Source: Phyllobates terribilis (lineage: Eukaryota). Taken from it: a DNA stretch of 64,000 nt. The notes under the pieces are model-generated. The model ran no database searches, had not been told where the DNA came from, and saw nothing but the letters and a program-made list of their open reading frames with translations. Within the stretch, counting starts at the first letter, position 1, and every line of letters begins with the position of its first letter. The stretch covers positions 546,654,001-546,718,000 of the forward strand of contig NW_027362771.1 of NCBI RefSeq assembly GCF_046119375.1, written 5' to 3'. Positions 61,651 through 64,000 of this stretch are shown in pieces. The translations under genes and the position numbers were made by a program.

Positions 61651-64000
61651 GTAACATAGTAACATAGTTTTTAAGGTTGAAGGAAGACTAAGACCACCTA
61701 GTTCACCCCATAGCCTAACATGTTGATCCAGAGGAAGGGAAAAAAAAAACCCATGTGGCAAACACTAAGCTCCACATTGGGGAAAAAAATTCCTTTCTGA
61801 CTCCATACGACAATCAGACTAGTTCCCTGGATCAATGCCCTATCAAGTAATCTAGTATATATAACCTGTAATATTATACTTTTCAAGAAAGGCATCCATG
61901 CCCTTCTTAAATTTTAGTAGTGAATCACACATTACATTATCATGCGGCAGAGAGCTCCATAGTCTCACTGCTCTTACAGTAAAGAATCCCCACCTGTGAT
62001 TATGATTAAACCTTCTTTCCTCCAGATGTAGAAGATGCCTCCTTGTCCCCGTCTCTGGCCTCAGAGTAAAAAGATCAGTAAAAAGGTCTTTATACTGTCC
62101 CCTCATATACTTTTACATAGTAATAAGATCACCCCTAAGCCTTCTTTTTTCCACAGTAAATAACCCCAAGTGTAATAACCTGTCTTGGTATTGCAGACCC
62201 CCCAGTCCTCTAATAACCTTGGTCGCTCTTCTCTGCACCCGCTCTAGTTCAGCTATGTCTTTCGTATACACCGGAGACCAGAACTGTACACAGTATTCTA
62301 AGTGTGGTCGCACTAGTGACTTGTATAGAGGTAAAATTATGTTCTTCTCATGAGCATCTATGCCTCTTTTAATGCATCCCATTATTTTATTTGCCTTTGC
62401 AGCAGCTGCCTGACACTGGCCACCAAACGTGAGCTTGTCGTCCACCAATACACCCAGATCTTTTTCAGTGACAGTTTTGCCCAGTGTTTTACAATTAAGC
62501 ATTTAATTATACATTTTATTTCCTCTACCCAAGTGCATTACCTTACATTTATCCCCATTAAAGCTCATTTGCCATTTATCAGCCCAAGCTTCTAGTTTAC
62601 ATAGATCCTCCTGTAATATAAAATTGTCCTCCTCTGTATTGATTACCCTGCAGAGTTTAGTGTCATCTGCAAATATTGAAATACTACTCTGTATGCCCCC
62701 TACAAGGTCATTAATAAATATGTTAAAAAGAAGCAGGCCCAATACTGACCCCTGTGGTACCCCACTGTTAACTGAAACCCAGTCTGAGTGTGTTCCATTA
62801 ATAACCACCATTTGTTTCCTATCACTGAGCCAGTTCTTAACCCACATACATATATTTTTCCCTATCCCCATTGTTCTCATTTTATGTATCAACCTTTTGT
62901 GTGGAACCGTATCAAAAGCTTTTGAAAAGTCCATATACACAACATCCACTGCATTTCCTTTGTCCAGTCCGGAACTTACCTCTTCATAAAAGCGGATCAG
63001 ATTAGTTTGACAGGAACGGTCCCTCGTAAACCCATGTTGATATTGGGTCATGAGGTTATTCTTCTTCAGATACTCTAGTATAGCATCTCTTAGGAAACCC
63101 TCCAGGTTTTTACCCACAGTAGAGGTTAAGCTTACTGGCCTATAATTTCCAAGTTCAGTTTTTGTCCCCTTTTTGAATATTGGCACCATATTTGCTATAC
63201 GCCAGTCCTGTGGTACAGACCCTGTTATTATGGAATCTTTAAAGATTAAAAATAATGGTCTATCTATGACGTTACTTAATTCTTGCAGTACTTGCGGGTG
63301 TATCCCATCCGGGCCCGGGGATTTGTCAACTTTAGTGATTTTTAGACGCCGCCGTACTTCCTGCTGGGTTAAGCAAGTGACATTTAATGGAAATTTTTTG
63401 TTATCACTAATCATGTTTTCTGTCATGCGATTTTCTTGTGTACATACGGTTGAAAAAAAATCATTTAGCATATTGGCTTTTTCCTCATCCTCATCCACCA
63501 TTTCACCCAGGCTATTTTTAAGGGGGCCAACACTATAATTTTTTAGTTTTTTACTATTTATGTAGTTAAAGAATATTTTGGGATTATTTTTACTTTCTCT
63601 GGCAATGAGTCTCTCTGTCTCAATCTTTGCTGTCTTGATTTGGTTTTTACAGAATTTAATTTTCTGTATTTATTTAATGCCTCATCACTACCTACTTGCT
63701 TTAGTTCTCTAAATGCTTTTTTTTTGTCACTTATTGCGCCCCTTACCGCTCTATTTAGCCATAGTGGTTTCCTCCTATTTCTAGCATGGTTTATTCCTAT
63801 AGGGTATATATTGTGCACAGGTCCTATTCAGGATGCTAATAAATGTCTCCCATTTGCTTTATGTAGCTTTATGTCTCAGGATATCGCCCCAGTTTATTGC
63901 ACTAAGATCATCTCTCAACCATTGTAATTTTGCCTTCCTGAAGTTTAGTGTCCTTGTAACCCCTCTACTACACATCTTATTAAAGGTTACATGAAAACGT
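61651..64000 (-). mobile_element. CR1 LINE ORF2 (RT) and 3' end, with stops
   Basis: SPGPDGIHP, NYRPVSLTS, YMDFSKAFDTVPH, GVPQGSVLG, FADDTKL. The 3' tail (CTATGTTA)n lies at 61651-61667. Runs off the window. Confidence 0.95.

Overview
Eukaryotic, TE-saturated DNA. It is probably from an anuran amphibian; this is inferred from a KRAB zinc-finger gene plus the Tc1, chromovirus, CR1 and MITE content, not from a database search. The only host gene I can support is a + strand KRAB-C2H2 zinc-finger gene with coding exons 9192-9242, 12239-12365 (KRAB-A), 19188-19256 (KRAB-B), 25528-25719, 27140-27343 and 42823-44063. Its linker is a triplicated 64-68 aa exon module with a VKEE motif in each copy. 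The last exon has 11 C2H2 units, but finger 1 has lost a His and finger 2 carries an in-frame TAG (43272-43274) ahead of 9 intact fingers. The last intron grew from about 0.93 kb to 15.5 kb through a nested insertion. A Harbinger-like MITE (TAA TSD) contains a 14-kb non-autonomous Helitron-like block with two 5' ends and one 3' end. That block carries about 220 copies of a 54-bp satellite, a CpG-rich promoter-like cassette with sense splice donors and a G-rich minisatellite. The rest is transposon sequence: many Tc1/mariner copies (one open DD34E ORF, one open DD37E/TRT ORF with a catalytic D->Y change, one decayed Sleeping Beauty-like copy), a near-complete chromovirus with a self-priming PBS and a GGGAAAC -1 frameshift site, deleted and solo LTR elements, hAT-, piggyBac- and Chapaev3-type elements, CR1, RTE, L1 and Penelope-like fragments. 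There is no CRISPR, rRNA or tRNA.
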